Shown here: positions 27,519 through 38,279 of the stretch, one piece after another
Layout: the number at the start of each line of letters is the position of its first letter
Position numbering within the stretch: position 1 is the first letter of the stretch
Assembly: GCA_021783595.1 (NCBI GenBank)
Contig: JAJXTS010000001.1
Span: 34 to 64,033, forward strand
Direction: 5' to 3'
From: Chloroflexota bacterium
GTDB taxonomy: Bacteria; Chloroflexota; Limnocylindria; Limnocylindrales; CSP1-4
DNA length: 64,000 bases
Notes under the pieces: model-generated
Seen by the model: only the letters and a program-made list of their open reading frames with translations
Database searches by the model: none
Told to the model about the DNA's origin: nothing
Translations under genes and position numbers: made by a program

Positions 27519-29837
27519 TCAGCGGCGCCGCCACCGGCGACGGGAGAACAGGAGCCGCACCAGCGCCACCCGCAGCCGCCGCGCGGCCGCCGCCACGGCA
27601 TGCACCCGCTCCGGCGCCAGGACGGCCCGCGCGTACGTCGTCTCCACCTTGGCGTCGGCGATGGTCGCGATGTCCGGGCCCGCCACGGGGACCAGCTCGG
27701 CCAGCGAGGCCGCGTACTCGTAGACGGTCTCCGTGGGGCGCGGGGCGAACCCGAACCGCGAGGCCGACGCCGCCATGGCCGTCCACGCGGCGTCGGGACT
27801 CACGGTGTCCCGCGGGCGGCGCCACCAGGCAGCCGAGGCCAGCGCGCCGAGCGCCAGGACCAGCAGCGCCCCGAGGAGGACCGCCACCGTCGCGTCCGCG
27901 GGCCGCGCTGCCGATCCCCCCGCGCCCCCGCCGGCCGGCTCGCGCGGCTCGAACACGCGACGCGTCGGCTGGGCGGGGCCGGCCGCATCCGGGCCCTCGC
28001 TGGCCGCCGGGCCCGTCGGGGCGGCCACGGGCGGACCCACCGGGATCGCGGCCGGCTGCCCCACCCCGCCCCCGGTCGGGTCGAACGGGATCCAGCCGTA
28101 GCCGGGGAAGAACACCTCGACCCAGGCGTGGGCCTGGCGGTTCTCGACGGTCTCGCGGCCGTTGACGATGTCCGACGGCAGGAAGCCCTGGACGAGCCGG
28201 GTGGGGATCGGGTCGGCGGGGTTCGCGGCGCGGAGGAGGATCGCCATCGCCGACGCGTAGTGGAGGCAGTACCCCTGCCGGTACTGGGCGAAGCACTCGA
28301 CGGCGCTCGGGGAGGCGCAGTCGAGGCCGCGCACGTCGGTGGTGTACGTGAACGCGGCGGAGCGCAGGTACGTCTCCATCGTGCTGGCCAGGTCGTACGG
28401 GTTCCGGCTCGGCGACCGGGCGAGGATCGTGGCGAGCAGCTGGGCCGCGTGCGGCCCGATGGCGCCCGCCGGGACCTGCGTGTACTCGGCTGACACGTCG
28501 GGCGGGTACGCGGTGGAGGCAGCCCGGAGCTTGCTCTGGGTGATCCCCCCGTCCTCGCCCAGGCGCGGCACCAGCGCGGTGACCTGGTACGGCGTGTCGG
28601 CCGCCACGGTGTCGTCCGCGAACCAGCCCTGCAGGCCCGTGATGGCCAGCGCGGAGGGCAGGCTGACGCTCTCGGCCAGCCCGGGCGAGAGCAGGGCCGT
28701 GTCGTGATAGCCCGCCGGGGCGATCGTGATGCTGAGCTGGTCTTCCATGCCCGGCGCCGGGATCTCGGGCGAGCCGTCGAGGAGGTTAGCGCCCGCCGCG
28801 GCCGACGCGTCGCGCGTCTCGCTCTGGACCCAGCCGCCGAGCGCGAACTCGTCGTAGGTGGCCGCCCGGAACTTGAGGCCGGCCGCCTCGGGCGGCACCT
28901 GTGCCGTGAACGCCACCCCCGGGTCGCTCACCCACTGGCTGACGACCTGCGCCGTCGAGCCGAACGCCACCCCGCTGCCCCGGACGTCGCCGCCCGCGGG
29001 GAGCAGGGGGCCGATCTGCTTCGCGATCCGGACCATCTCGCTGTCGAGCCCCCGCCACGCGCCGGCCAGCGGGCTCGACGTCGCGCCCTGGGCGAGCACC
29101 AGCGAGACCAGCGTGGCGCCCACGATGAACACCGCCCCGCCCCGGAGGTAGAGCAGCGCCACGGCGCCCGGGTCGCCGACCCGGCGCCGGGCCCACGTGC
29201 CGCGCTCGCCGACCACGTGCATCTGCACCAGCAGGAACAGCGAGACCGCGACGTACAGCACCAGCCAGCCCAGCTGGTCGCGCGTCGTCAGCGCCATGTT
29301 GCCGAGCAGGACCAGGCCGATCACGACCACCGCCGAGAGCGGCCGGCGATGGCCGAACACCGCGTACGAGCCGAACTGCATCGTGCCCCACACGAGTCCC
29401 GACAGGGCCAGGACGTAGTGGACCTCCTGGGTGGTGAACTGGTAGCCGCGCACCGTGAGGTCCAGGTACGCCTGGACGGTCCCCTCGGCGGTGAAGCGGA
29501 ACGCCTGGGCGGCCGACAGGCCGGGCATGACCGCCCAGCCCGCGACGACCGGCAACGCCAGGGCCGCCACGATCGCGCCGGCCAGATGCGTCACCCAGCG
29601 GCCCAAGCCCAGCTTGGGCCCCGCGAACCCGACGACGGCGCCACCCACCGCGCACCAGGCCAGCGAATCCGTCAGGGAGCCCTGGCCGTTGACCCAGGCC
29701 GGCTCGTCGATCGCGGTGGCGAGGACCAGGCCGAGCACGAGCACGAGCCCGAGCACGGACCAGCCCTCCTCGGGCCGCCAGCGGAACGGGGCCTCGGCCG
29801 CCTCGCGGTCCGGCTGGCCGAGCGGGGTTGCCGTCAT
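27519..29837 (-). CDS. transglutaminase-like membrane protein (DUF3488 N-terminal TM region + TGase core + DUF4129-like C-terminus)
   Basis: GYCLHYASAMAILLRA...HAWVEVFFPGYGWIPFDPT is a Cys-His-Asp transglutaminase core. Multi-TM N-terminus. Confidence 0.8.
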   Translation of the reverse strand: MTATPLGQPDREAAEAPFRWRPEEGWSVLGLVLVLGLVLATAIDEPAWVNGQGSLTDSLAWCAVGGAVVGFAGPKLGLGRWVTHLAGAIVAALALPVVAGWAVMPGLSAAQAFRFTAEGTVQAYLDLTVRGYQFTTQEVHYVLALSGLVWGTMQFGSYAVFGHRRPLSAVVVIGLVLLGNMALTTRDQLGWLVLYVAVSLFLLVQMHVVGERGTWARRRVGDPGAVALLYLRGGAVFIVGATLVSLVLAQGATSSPLAGAWRGLDSEMVRIAKQIGPLLPAGGDVRGSGVAFGSTAQVVSQWVSDPGVAFTAQVPPEAAGLKFRAATYDEFALGGWVQSETRDASAAAGANLLDGSPEIPAPGMEDQLSITIAPAGYHDTALLSPGLAESVSLPSALAITGLQGWFADDTVAADTPYQVTALVPRLGEDGGITQSKLRAASTAYPPDVSAEYTQVPAGAIGPHAAQLLATILARSPSRNPYDLASTMETYLRSAAFTYTTDVRGLDCASPSAVECFAQYRQGYCLHYASAMAILLRAANPADPIPTRLVQGFLPSDIVNGRETVENRQAHAWVEVFFPGYGWIPFDPTGGGVGQPAAIPVGPPVAAPTGPAASEGPDAAGPAQPTRRVFEPREPAGGGAGGSAARPADATVAVLLGALLVLALGALASAAWWRRPRDTVSPDAAWTAMAASASRFGFAPRPTETVYEYAASLAELVPVAGPDIATIADAKVETTYARAVLAPERVHAVAAAARRLRVALVRLLFSRRRWRRR

Positions 29838-31048
29838 CGCGCGAGCACCTCGCCCAGGCGGCGCCCGGGGCCCACCGCGTACACCGGCAGCTCGTACTCG
29901 GCCAGGGCGTGGCGCAGGGCCCGGGCGCGCTGCCGCAGGGCCTCTCCCTCGGCGGGGTCCGACGCCGGGGCGAACAGGGTCTGGTCGAGCGACACGACCA
30001 CCACCCCCACGCCCCGGGAGCGGAGCGTCGCGAGGGGCCGGACGAAGGCCGGGTCCTGCGTGGCCGTGACGACCACCGCCGTCATGCCCCGCCGCAGGCG
30101 GCCGATCCCGGCCACGAGGGCCTCGTCAAGCGGCGTGGCGCCGTCGGCCTCGACCGCCGCGAGCAGCTGGAGGATCTTGAGGCGCTGGCGCGCGCCCCGG
30201 TCCGCCGGGACCACCGTGGTGTGGTGCCCGCTCGCCGTGAGGCCGACGGCCCGGTTCTCGGCGATCGCCTTGTCCGCGATGGACGCCGCCACGCGGACGG
30301 CCACCTCGGTCGTGGAGTTGTCGCCCTCGCCCAGCTCGTGCTCGGCCTCGAGGTCGAGGAACAGCCAGACGTCGGTGGTCTGCTCGAGGTCGAACTCCTT
30401 GACGAAGATCTCGCCCGTTCGCGCCGTGGTGCGCCAGTGGATGCGGTTCATCGAGTCGCCCGGGGCGTATGGGCGCACGGTGGTGGCGAGCGGCGTCGTC
30501 TGGAGCGTGCGCTCGGGCGAGCCGCGCGCCCCCTCGACCGAGGCCGGCGGCAGGCGCCACAGCGGCAGCGGGTCGATCCGCGGGTACACGACCAGGGTGA
30601 TCCCGTGGCCCACCGCGGCGGAGGCCTCGAAGAACCCGAACGGGTCCCCGGTCCGCACCTGGAGCGGGTCGATCCGGTGGTGGCCCCGACGCTCGAGCAG
30701 CGCCCGGACGGCCCACGAGCGCTCACTGCGACCGCCGAGCGACAGGGCGCGGCCGGGCAGCCCGCCCGGGAGCGTCGTGGGGTTGTGGACCTCCAGCCAC
30801 GGCTTGGGCAGCCGACCCTTGTTGCGGACCGTGTAGATGATCCGGAGCCGGTCGCCCACGTGGCCCGTCAGCTGGCTGACCGCGTAGCCGGCCTCGAGGT
30901 CCGCGAGGCCCACGCGGGTGACGATGTAGCTGCCCCCGCCGATCAGCAGGCCGAGGTAGACCAGGAAGAACAGGAACGGGTAGCCAGTGGAGAACGCGGC
31001 CACGACCAGCACGACGGCCAGGCCGAGCAACTGGAGCCGGCGGATCAC
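29834..31048 (-). CDS. DUF58 (vWA-like) protein
   Basis: VRPYAPGDSMNRIHWRTTARTGEIFVKEFD is the DUF58 signature. Confidence 0.85.
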   Translation of the reverse strand: MIRRLQLLGLAVVLVVAAFSTGYPFLFFLVYLGLLIGGGSYIVTRVGLADLEAGYAVSQLTGHVGDRLRIIYTVRNKGRLPKPWLEVHNPTTLPGGLPGRALSLGGRSERSWAVRALLERRGHHRIDPLQVRTGDPFGFFEASAAVGHGITLVVYPRIDPLPLWRLPPASVEGARGSPERTLQTTPLATTVRPYAPGDSMNRIHWRTTARTGEIFVKEFDLEQTTDVWLFLDLEAEHELGEGDNSTTEVAVRVAASIADKAIAENRAVGLTASGHHTTVVPADRGARQRLKILQLLAAVEADGATPLDEALVAGIGRLRRGMTAVVVTATQDPAFVRPLATLRSRGVGVVVVSLDQTLFAPASDPAEGEALRQRARALRHALAEYELPVYAVGPGRRLGEVLAR

Positions 31049-31072
31049 GGTCGTCGCCGTCCTGGCCCGGGG

Positions 31073-32116
31073 CTAGTCGGCAACCGGGCTCGGACGGGCC
31101 TCGCGCGGGCCGGCGGGGCGCCTCACGGTCTCGATGGGCGTCGTGTCCAGCAGCTCCCGGACGACGTGCGCCGAGGACACGTCGTGGATGGTGCTCGCGG
31201 TCTTGACGATCACCCGGTGCGCCAGCGCCGGCTCCGCGAGCGCCTTCACGTCGTCGGGGATCACGTAGTCCCGGCCCAGCAGCCCGGCCATCGCCTGCGC
31301 GGCCCGGTACAGCGCGATGGAGCCGCGCGGGCTGGCGCCGAGGTACACGTCCGGGTGGGTCCGGGTGGCCGCCACCAGGCGGACGATGTAGTTGCTGACC
31401 GCGGGGTCCACGTACGTCTCGCGGACCGCCGCCTGGAGCCCGCGAAGCTCGTCGCCGGTGCAGACCTCCTCGAGCTCGTCGAGCGGGTGCGTGACCTTCT
31501 GCTCCTCGAGCACGCGGATCTCGTCGAGCAGGCCGGGGTAGCCGAGGCGGATGCGGAGCATGAACCGGTCGAGCTGGGCCTCGGGCAGCGCGAAGGTGCC
31601 CTCGTACTCGATGGGGTTCTGCGTCGCGATCACCAGGAACGGGTCCGGCATGGGGTGGGTGACGCCGTCGATCGTGGCCTGGCGCTCGTCCATGCACTCG
31701 AGCAGCGCGCTCTGCGTCTTGGGGGTCGCTCGGTTGATCTCGTCGGCGAGGACGACCTGGCTCATGATCGGGCCCGGACGGAACTCGAACTGCTGCGTCT
31801 TCTGGTTGTAGATCGACAGGCCGGTCACGTCCGAGGGCAGCAGGTCCGGCGTGAACTGGATCCGCCGGAAGGTGCAGCCCAAGCTCCGGGCGATCGACTT
31901 GGCGAGGACCGTCTTGCCGGTGCCGGGGACGTCCTCGATCAGCAGGTGGCCCCGGCAGAGCAGCGCCACGAGCGCGAGCCGCACCTCCTGGTGCTTGCCC
32001 ACGATGACCCGCTCGACGTTGTCCAGGACGCGGTCGCCGACCGACGCGATGGTGCCCACCCCCGGAGTGTACGGCGCGGCGCCCGATCGGGTCCCGCCGG
32101 GGCCCGCGGCCGTCAC
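31073..32116 (-). CDS. moxR: MoxR-family AAA+ ATPase
   Basis: [21 protein letters not shown] Walker A plus the MoxR C-terminal region. Confidence 0.9.
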   Translation of the reverse strand: MTAAGPGGTRSGAAPYTPGVGTIASVGDRVLDNVERVIVGKHQEVRLALVALLCRGHLLIEDVPGTGKTVLAKSIARSLGCTFRRIQFTPDLLPSDVTGLSIYNQKTQQFEFRPGPIMSQVVLADEINRATPKTQSALLECMDERQATIDGVTHPMPDPFLVIATQNPIEYEGTFALPEAQLDRFMLRIRLGYPGLLDEIRVLEEQKVTHPLDELEEVCTGDELRGLQAAVRETYVDPAVSNYIVRLVAATRTHPDVYLGASPRGSIALYRAAQAMAGLLGRDYVIPDDVKALAEPALAHRVIVKTASTIHDVSSAHVVRELLDTTPIETVRRPAGPREARPSPVAD

Positions 32117-33723
32117 GGCGTCCCGTAGAGGGCGAAGTACCTGGCCATGAGCGAGCCCGCCAGGGGCGCTGCCCGCTCGCCGCCGCGACCGCCCTGCTCC
32201 ACGATCACCGCGATCGCCACCTTGGGGTGGTCAACGGGCGCGAAGCCGATGAACCACGAGTTGGGCTCGCCGGTGCCGCCCAGCTGGGCCGTGCCGGACT
32301 TGCCGGCGGTCGGGATGCCGGGCACGGCGGCGCCGGTCGTGAACAGCTTGCCGAGGCTGCCCTCCACCGCCTGCTCCATCGCGGCCTTGACCGCCTGCGC
32401 GTTGGCCGCCGACGTCACCTGACGCCAGACTTGCGGGGCGATGGCCCGGGCGCCGGGCGCGGAGCCGGTGAGCGCCGTCACGAGGCGCGGCGTCATGAGC
32501 GTCCCGTCGTCGGCCACGGCGGACGCCACCAGCGCCATCTGCAGCGGCGTCACCACGGCCTCGCCCTGGCCGAACGCGGCGGAGGCGAGCTCGGCGTCGT
32601 CGGCGAACCCGCCGGGCGCGCCGCCCGTGCCGTTGGTCAGGCGGCTGGCCGCCGTGGGCAGGTCGAATGGGATCGACCCGCCGAACCCGAGCTTCGACGC
32701 CTCGGCGACGAGCCGCGTGCCGCCGATCGCGAGGCCCGTCAGCGCGTACCAGATGTTGCAGCTCACCTCTGTTGCCCCGTTGAGGTCGAGCGCGGTGCCG
32801 TCGGTCTGCGGGTGGTGGCCGTCGGTGATCTTGAAGCCGTCCACCAGCAGCCCCGTCGTCTCGGCCGCAGGCTGCTGCGGGTAGGTGGTCGCCGGCGTGA
32901 TGGCGCCGCTGTCGAGCCCGGCGAGCGCGGTGACGATCTTGAGCACGGAGCCCGGGACGTACTGGCCGAGGGTGGCGCGCGGCAGGAGCGGCAGGCGGGG
33001 GTCGGCCTGCAGGGCGGCCATCGTGGCGGCAGCCGTGGCCGGGTCCGCGAGCGCAGAGGCGCTGTAGGCGGGCGTGGACGCCATGGCGAGGATCTCCCCC
33101 GTGGTGGGGTCGAGCATGACGACGGCCCCCTTGTCCGAGCCCAGCCCGGCCACGGCCGCCTTCTGGAGCCGCAGGTCCAGCGACAGCTGCAGGCCGAGGA
33201 CCGAGCTCGACGCCGGGAACAGCTTGCCGGCCAGCCCGGCAAGCGGGTCGCCGGCCGGGAGCCCCAGCAGTTGGGCGTTGTACGCGCGCTCCAGCCCGGC
33301 CGTTCCGAACTGGCGCGACGCGTACCCCACGACGTCGCTGACCGACGGGTCGCGGTACTGGCGCAGCGCCTCGCCGTTCTGGTCCCGGACGCTCCGGGCG
33401 AGCCACGAGCCGGTGCGGTCCACGATGGGGCCGCGGAGCGTCCGCCGGGCCGCTGCGATCACCGACGGGTTGTCGGGGCGGGTCGAGAGCCGCCCGGCGT
33501 CCACCACCTGCCAGTAGCCGGCGCCCAGCGCGACCACCGCGAACGCGAGGGTGAGCGCCATCCCGGTCCTGACCACGCTGGCGCCGACGGGCGCGGCCTC
33601 GCGGGACGGCTCGGCGTCTCCGGGCGCCCCAGCCGCGAGCGGGGCGCGACCTGGGGACGTGGCCGGCGCCCCCCGGCCGTCGCGGGGCGCTCGGCTGAGC
33701 GGGCGCCACCGCGGCGCCCTCAT
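32113..33723 (-). CDS. pbpA: class B penicillin-binding protein (transpeptidase)
   Basis: SVLK (SxxK), SCN (SxN) and KSGT (KTG) motifs. ATG 33723 with GAGGGAG RBS and ATGA overlap with rodA. Confidence 0.85.
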   Translation of the reverse strand: MRAPRWRPLSRAPRDGRGAPATSPGRAPLAAGAPGDAEPSREAAPVGASVVRTGMALTLAFAVVALGAGYWQVVDAGRLSTRPDNPSVIAAARRTLRGPIVDRTGSWLARSVRDQNGEALRQYRDPSVSDVVGYASRQFGTAGLERAYNAQLLGLPAGDPLAGLAGKLFPASSSVLGLQLSLDLRLQKAAVAGLGSDKGAVVMLDPTTGEILAMASTPAYSASALADPATAAATMAALQADPRLPLLPRATLGQYVPGSVLKIVTALAGLDSGAITPATTYPQQPAAETTGLLVDGFKITDGHHPQTDGTALDLNGATEVSCNIWYALTGLAIGGTRLVAEASKLGFGGSIPFDLPTAASRLTNGTGGAPGGFADDAELASAAFGQGEAVVTPLQMALVASAVADDGTLMTPRLVTALTGSAPGARAIAPQVWRQVTSAANAQAVKAAMEQAVEGSLGKLFTTGAAVPGIPTAGKSGTAQLGGTGEPNSWFIGFAPVDHPKVAIAVIVEQGGRGGERAAPLAGSLMARYFALYGTP

Positions 33724-35201
33724 GTCGTCTCCCTCGGGGGGAGGCCCCGCCGGCCGCGCCGAGGCGTCCGGGTCCGTCCCCCGGTCGCGCCCGGCGAGGC
33801 GGGCGACTCGCCCTCGTCGGACAGGGCCAGCAGCAGCCCGACCGCGATCGCATTCGCCAGCAGCGACGAGCCGCCGTAGGAGATGAGCGGCAGCGTGATG
33901 CCGGTCAGCGGGATCAGCTTGAGGTTGCCGGCCGCGATGATGAGGGCCTGGACGCCGATGACCAGGCTGAGGCCCGCCGCGAGGAGCGCCCGGAAGTCGT
34001 CCCGGGCCGCGGCGGCGATGCGCAGCCCGCGCTCCACGACCACCAGGTACAGCCCGAGGATGGCGAGCAGGCCCATCAGCCCCAGTTCCTCGCCAAGGGC
34101 GGCCAGCGGGTAGTCGGTGTGGACCGCCGGCACGGGCAGGTTGCCCGAGATCGTGGGCAGGCCCGCGCCCAGCCCCACTCCGACCAGCCCGCCGCGAGCG
34201 AAGGCGTACAGCGCCTGCACGGTCTGGAACCCCTGGCCCAGCGGGTCGCGGAACGGGTCCAGCCAGTTGTCCACCCGCCCCTGCACATAGGGGAACAGGT
34301 GGTAGAGCACGAACGAGCCGGCCAGGAACAGCGCCAGCCCGCCGGCCACGTACGACACGCGGCCCGTGGCCACGAACAGCAGCGAGAGGAAGACCGCGAA
34401 GAACAGCAGCGCCGCGCCCAGGTCGCGTTGCACCACCACGACGCCCAGCGCGATGGCCCACATCGCCACCATCGGCGCCAGGTACGGGACGGGCGGCAGG
34501 CGCAGGGGCCCGAGCCGCGTGGTCTCCACGGCGAGCAGCGCTCGGTTCTCCGACAGGTACGCCGCGAGGAACACGACGAGGATCACCTTGAGCAGCTCCG
34601 ACGGCTGACCGCTCAGCGGGCCGATCGACAGCGTCAGGCGGGCCCCGTTGACGTCGGAGCCGAGCAGGAACGTCATCGCCAGGAGCGTGATGCCCGCCGC
34701 GGCCCAGGTGTACTTGTAGGCGCGCAACCAGCGGTCCGAGCGCACCGCCAGGGCGAGGATCGCGATGACCCCGAGCGATATGGCCAGCCACAGCAGCTGG
34801 AGCTGGCCAAGCCCGAGCACCATGGCGCCCAGCGACTGGGTCACGAGGTCCTGCGGCAACCGCTGCATCAGCAGCAGCCCGATGCCGCCGAGCATGCCCA
34901 CCGTCGGCAGCAGGATCTGGTCCGTTCGGCGGCCGGCCAGCACGAACGCCACGTGGACCGCCAGGAGCGCCGCCAGGTAGACGGCGAGGCCACGCGGGTC
35001 GGGCGGCGCGAAGCCGAAGGAGGCAGGCGTCTCCCCGGCCGACTGCGCAGCCAGCCAGCGCTCGGTGGCGCCCAGCGAGGCCCCGCCCACGGTCAGCGCG
35101 GCGGCGGTGAGCAGCAGCAGCGCGAGTTCGACATTGCGCGGACGGGGGTGGAGCCGCGGGAGGGCCGGGAGGGCCGCGCGGGGCCGCGCCAGCGGCGTCA
35201 C
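33720..35201 (-). CDS. rodA: SEDS-family peptidoglycan glycosyltransferase
   Basis: FtsW/RodA/SpoVE fold with multiple TM segments and conserved loops. Confidence 0.85.
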   Translation of the reverse strand: MTPLARPRAALPALPRLHPRPRNVELALLLLTAAALTVGGASLGATERWLAAQSAGETPASFGFAPPDPRGLAVYLAALLAVHVAFVLAGRRTDQILLPTVGMLGGIGLLLMQRLPQDLVTQSLGAMVLGLGQLQLLWLAISLGVIAILALAVRSDRWLRAYKYTWAAAGITLLAMTFLLGSDVNGARLTLSIGPLSGQPSELLKVILVVFLAAYLSENRALLAVETTRLGPLRLPPVPYLAPMVAMWAIALGVVVVQRDLGAALLFFAVFLSLLFVATGRVSYVAGGLALFLAGSFVLYHLFPYVQGRVDNWLDPFRDPLGQGFQTVQALYAFARGGLVGVGLGAGLPTISGNLPVPAVHTDYPLAALGEELGLMGLLAILGLYLVVVERGLRIAAAARDDFRALLAAGLSLVIGVQALIIAAGNLKLIPLTGITLPLISYGGSSLLANAIAVGLLLALSDEGESPASPGATGGRTRTPRRGRRGLPPRETT

Positions 35202-35632
35202 GGGCGGCCTCGGTCGAGGCGGAAGCGCACCCCGCCCACCTGCAGCTCGTCGCCGAAGCCCATCGGGGCGGGCGCGCCGACCGTCGCGCCGTTCACCAGC
35301 GTCCCGTTGGTGCTCCCTCGGTCCTCGACGTACCAGGAGCGGCCCCGGTAGGTCAGGACCGCATGCTCCGCCGAAGCGAAGGGATCGTCCACGACGACCG
35401 AGTTCGCGAGGCCGCGGCCCAGCGTGGTCACGGCGGAGAGCGGGATCGTGGCGCCGACCGCAGGCTCGCCTTGGGGCGACTCGATGACCACGAGTCGGCC
35501 CAACTCCGCGGGGCCCCGCGCCGCGGCCCGCAGGTCCCGCACCAGAACCCGCGCCACCACGGCCAGGAACGCGTAGAGGAGGGCGAGGAAGCCGAGCCGG
35601 AGCACCCAGAGCGCGAGGACGAACCCGTCCAC
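35198..35632 (-). CDS. fhaB: FHA-domain membrane protein (FhaB/FipA-like)
   Basis: N-terminal TM and C-terminal FHA (GRGLANSVVVDDPFASAEHAVL...STNGTLVNG). Confidence 0.75.
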   Translation of the reverse strand: MDGFVLALWVLRLGFLALLYAFLAVVARVLVRDLRAAARGPAELGRLVVIESPQGEPAVGATIPLSAVTTLGRGLANSVVVDDPFASAEHAVLTYRGRSWYVEDRGSTNGTLVNGATVGAPAPMGFGDELQVGGVRFRLDRGRP

Positions 35633-35634
35633 GG

Positions 35635-36702
35635 TCAGCGCGGCAGCTGCTCGACGATCACGACGACATCGCCCAGCTGGAGCCGGTCGCCGGCGCCGAG
35701 CACGATCTCGTCCACGCGCACGCCGTTGACGCGCGTCCCGTTGGTGCTGCCCAGGTCCGTGTAGACGAGCGTGCCGCGGCGCTCCTGGAAGCGGCCGTGG
35801 TGGCGCGAGACGCGGGCGTCCGCGAGGACGAGCCCGTTGTCCGGGGCGCGCCCCAGCGTCAGGGCCGGGCCACCCACGCGGACCTCCCGCTCGAGCCCGC
35901 CCGGCTCGGTCACGCGCAGCAGCGCCAGGGCGGAGGGCGAGGCCACCGGCCGGAGCTGGTGCGGCGCCTCGTCGGCCGTCCGGAGCCCTGACGCGGCGTC
36001 CGGCCCCAAGGGCGTCGGCGCCGAGGGGATCGGCGCGTCGCCGGGCCGGGCGGCCGCCCAGTTCCCCGAAGCCGCCCGGAGCGGGGCGCCGGACCGACGC
36101 CGGGCGCCCGACACGCCATGAGCCGACGCCGCGGCGACCAGCGCCGCCAGGTCGGCGTCATCGTCGCGGGTCTCCGCCGCGGGCGCCGGCGGCACCACGC
36201 CGGTCGCCAGCCGCGCGCCGGGGGGGCCTGCCGCAGACGCCGCCTCGGACAGCCCAGCGGCCCGCGCCGCCAGCGGTGACCCGCCGACGGGGCCGAGGGC
36301 TTCGCGCCACGGATCCGGCCCGGCGGGCCGGCCGACGCTGGCGTCCACCTCGACCGTGCGCCGCTCGACGATCGGGTCCGCGGCCAGGGACACGCTCGGG
36401 CGCGCAGAGAGGTGGTAGCCGTGCTGGCGGGCGAAGGCCAGCAGCAGGCCGGCCATGTCGGCGGACAGCGACTCCAGGCTGCCGTCGCGAGCGACAAGGT
36501 CGTCGAGGTCCGCGGGGTGGAGCCGGACGCGATACCGGTCCGGGACCGCGGTGGCCGCGCCGCGCCCGGTCCGGGAGGCCTCCATGGCGCGCTCGATGTG
36601 CCGCTCCACCTGGAGCGGCTGGACGCGCGATCGGAACAGCCGGGCCGAGGTGCGCTCGAACACGCGCTCGAGGAGGCGTTCGAGGTCAGCGACGGCGGCC
36701 AT
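35635..36702 (-). CDS. fhaA: FhaA-like protein (DUF3662 + C-terminal FHA domain)
   Basis: FHA motif LGRAPDNGLVLADARVSRHHGRF...GSTNGTRVNG. Start set at ATG 36702. The track ORF extends a further 29 codons through a Gly-rich stretch. Confidence 0.7.
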   Translation of the reverse strand: MAAVADLERLLERVFERTSARLFRSRVQPLQVERHIERAMEASRTGRGAATAVPDRYRVRLHPADLDDLVARDGSLESLSADMAGLLLAFARQHGYHLSARPSVSLAADPIVERRTVEVDASVGRPAGPDPWREALGPVGGSPLAARAAGLSEAASAAGPPGARLATGVVPPAPAAETRDDDADLAALVAAASAHGVSGARRRSGAPLRAASGNWAAARPGDAPIPSAPTPLGPDAASGLRTADEAPHQLRPVASPSALALLRVTEPGGLEREVRVGGPALTLGRAPDNGLVLADARVSRHHGRFQERRGTLVYTDLGSTNGTRVNGVRVDEIVLGAGDRLQLGDVVVIVEQLPR

Positions 36703-36889
36703 GGCACCGGCAACCCTACCAGAGCGGACGACACCGTCCCGCCCGCGCCCGCTCGCTCCGGCGCCAGCCGAACCATCGTCGCCTCGCACCGGTACCTCGG
36801 AGGAGGGCCCGTCGGCGCCCGCTGGCTATACTCTGGCCCTGCCCGGCCAGCCGGTCGAGCGCGTCGCAGCGTCGGGAACTCGGGGGCAC

Positions 36890-38188
36890 ATGACGGAGAC
36901 CCTCACCGAATCGTTCTGCGAGCGGTGCGGCACTCGATACACATTCGAGACCGCGCGCCCGAGGACATCGCGGCTCCGACGGGCGCGGACCCTCACCAAG
37001 GGCCTCCGCAACTACATCCTGTCGCAGGACTCGCTCGCCGAGGCGATGGCCGACGCCCGCGGCGAGGAGGAGCTCAGCGCCACCGTCCTCCAGCTGGACG
37101 CCTTTCACCACGCCTTCAACTTCTGCATCGACTGTCGCCAGTACACGTGCGGCAACTGCTGGAACGACGCCGCGGGCCGGTGCCTGTCCTGCGTCCCGCT
37201 GCCCGCGTCGGCGCCCGAGGGGGATCTCGCGCCGCATGAGCTGACGGCCCCGGCCGACCGCCCCGCCTCCCCGGACGCGCCACATCCGGAGCCGCCGCCG
37301 CCCGGCGCGAGGGACGAGGCGCTGGCCTGGCCGAAGGCCGATCTGCGGGTCGTCCCGGCCGTGGTGGCGAGCGGGCCGACCGTCGAGACGACCGCGCCGG
37401 AGCCGCGGGCTCTCGGCGTGACGCGGCCGGACATCCTGGGCCTCGAGCCCGGCCAGCGCCTCGACGAGGCGATCGCCGCCTACGAGGCCACGCGCAGTGC
37501 CGGGGCCCCGGCGACGCTCCCACCCGAGCTGCAGCCGGTTGTCGAGGCGCCGGCCGAGGTCGCGGCACCGACGCCCGTGGCGGAGGCGGTGCTCCCGCTG
37601 TCGGCACTGGCGCCGGCCGAGTTGGCCGACCAGGCCGCGCTGCCGGACGAGGTCGCGGCCGAGCAGGCCGCGCTGCCGGCCGAGGTCGCCGCCGAGGCGG
37701 AGGAGCCGCCGGCCGAGCCGATGGCGGCGGCAGGCGAACCCGCGGCGGACGCGATCGAGGAAGTCGCGCCGCCGGCCGAGCCGGCCGCGGCGGCAGATCC
37801 GGCACCGCCCGCCGCGCAGACGGCTCCCGCAGAACAGACCGAGGCTGTGCGTGACGCGGCGCCGCGTCCGGCGATCGGAGCCGGCTGGCTCACCGTCGCG
37901 CCGGACGACGCCCGGCCGCCCGCCACGACGCAGGACCCGGTGTGGCCAGCCACCGGCCGCCCGCCGATGGTCGGGATGCTTGCCGGGCGCAGGCTGGCGT
38001 CGCCGAGCGATCCAGCGGCCCTGTGGGCCGCATCGGCCCGGGAGGTCCTCAGCGGCGGGCCCCGCCCGGGCGGCGCGGGGCAGAGCCGCCCGTCCGGCCC
38101 CGCCACCCCGCAGCCCTGCGTCAGCTGTGGCCTCCCGCTGTCCGTCAACGCCCGGTTCTGCCGTCGCTGCGGATCTCGCCAGGGCTAG
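36890..38188 (+). CDS. hypothetical protein with N-terminal Cys-rich zinc-ribbon module, Pro/Ala/Glu-rich linker and C-terminal zinc ribbon
   Basis: CERCGTRY...CIDCRQYTCGNCWNDAAGRCLSC at the N-terminus and CVSCGLPLSVNARFCRRCGSRQ at the C-terminus. About 250 aa of low-complexity linker. ATG 36890. Confidence 0.5.
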   Translation: MTETLTESFCERCGTRYTFETARPRTSRLRRARTLTKGLRNYILSQDSLAEAMADARGEEELSATVLQLDAFHHAFNFCIDCRQYTCGNCWNDAAGRCLSCVPLPASAPEGDLAPHELTAPADRPASPDAPHPEPPPPGARDEALAWPKADLRVVPAVVASGPTVETTAPEPRALGVTRPDILGLEPGQRLDEAIAAYEATRSAGAPATLPPELQPVVEAPAEVAAPTPVAEAVLPLSALAPAELADQAALPDEVAAEQAALPAEVAAEAEEPPAEPMAAAGEPAADAIEEVAPPAEPAAAADPAPPAAQTAPAEQTEAVRDAAPRPAIGAGWLTVAPDDARPPATTQDPVWPATGRPPMVGMLAGRRLASPSDPAALWAASAREVLSGGPRPGGAGQSRPSGPATPQPCVSCGLPLSVNARFCRRCGSRQG

Positions 38189-38279
38189 GGACCGATCGCG
38201 TGCGGGCCGCCGTGCCGGCCCGGTGACGCCACACGCCACGTCGTCAGGCGCCACCCCCAGTGGGGCCGCCGCGCCGGAG

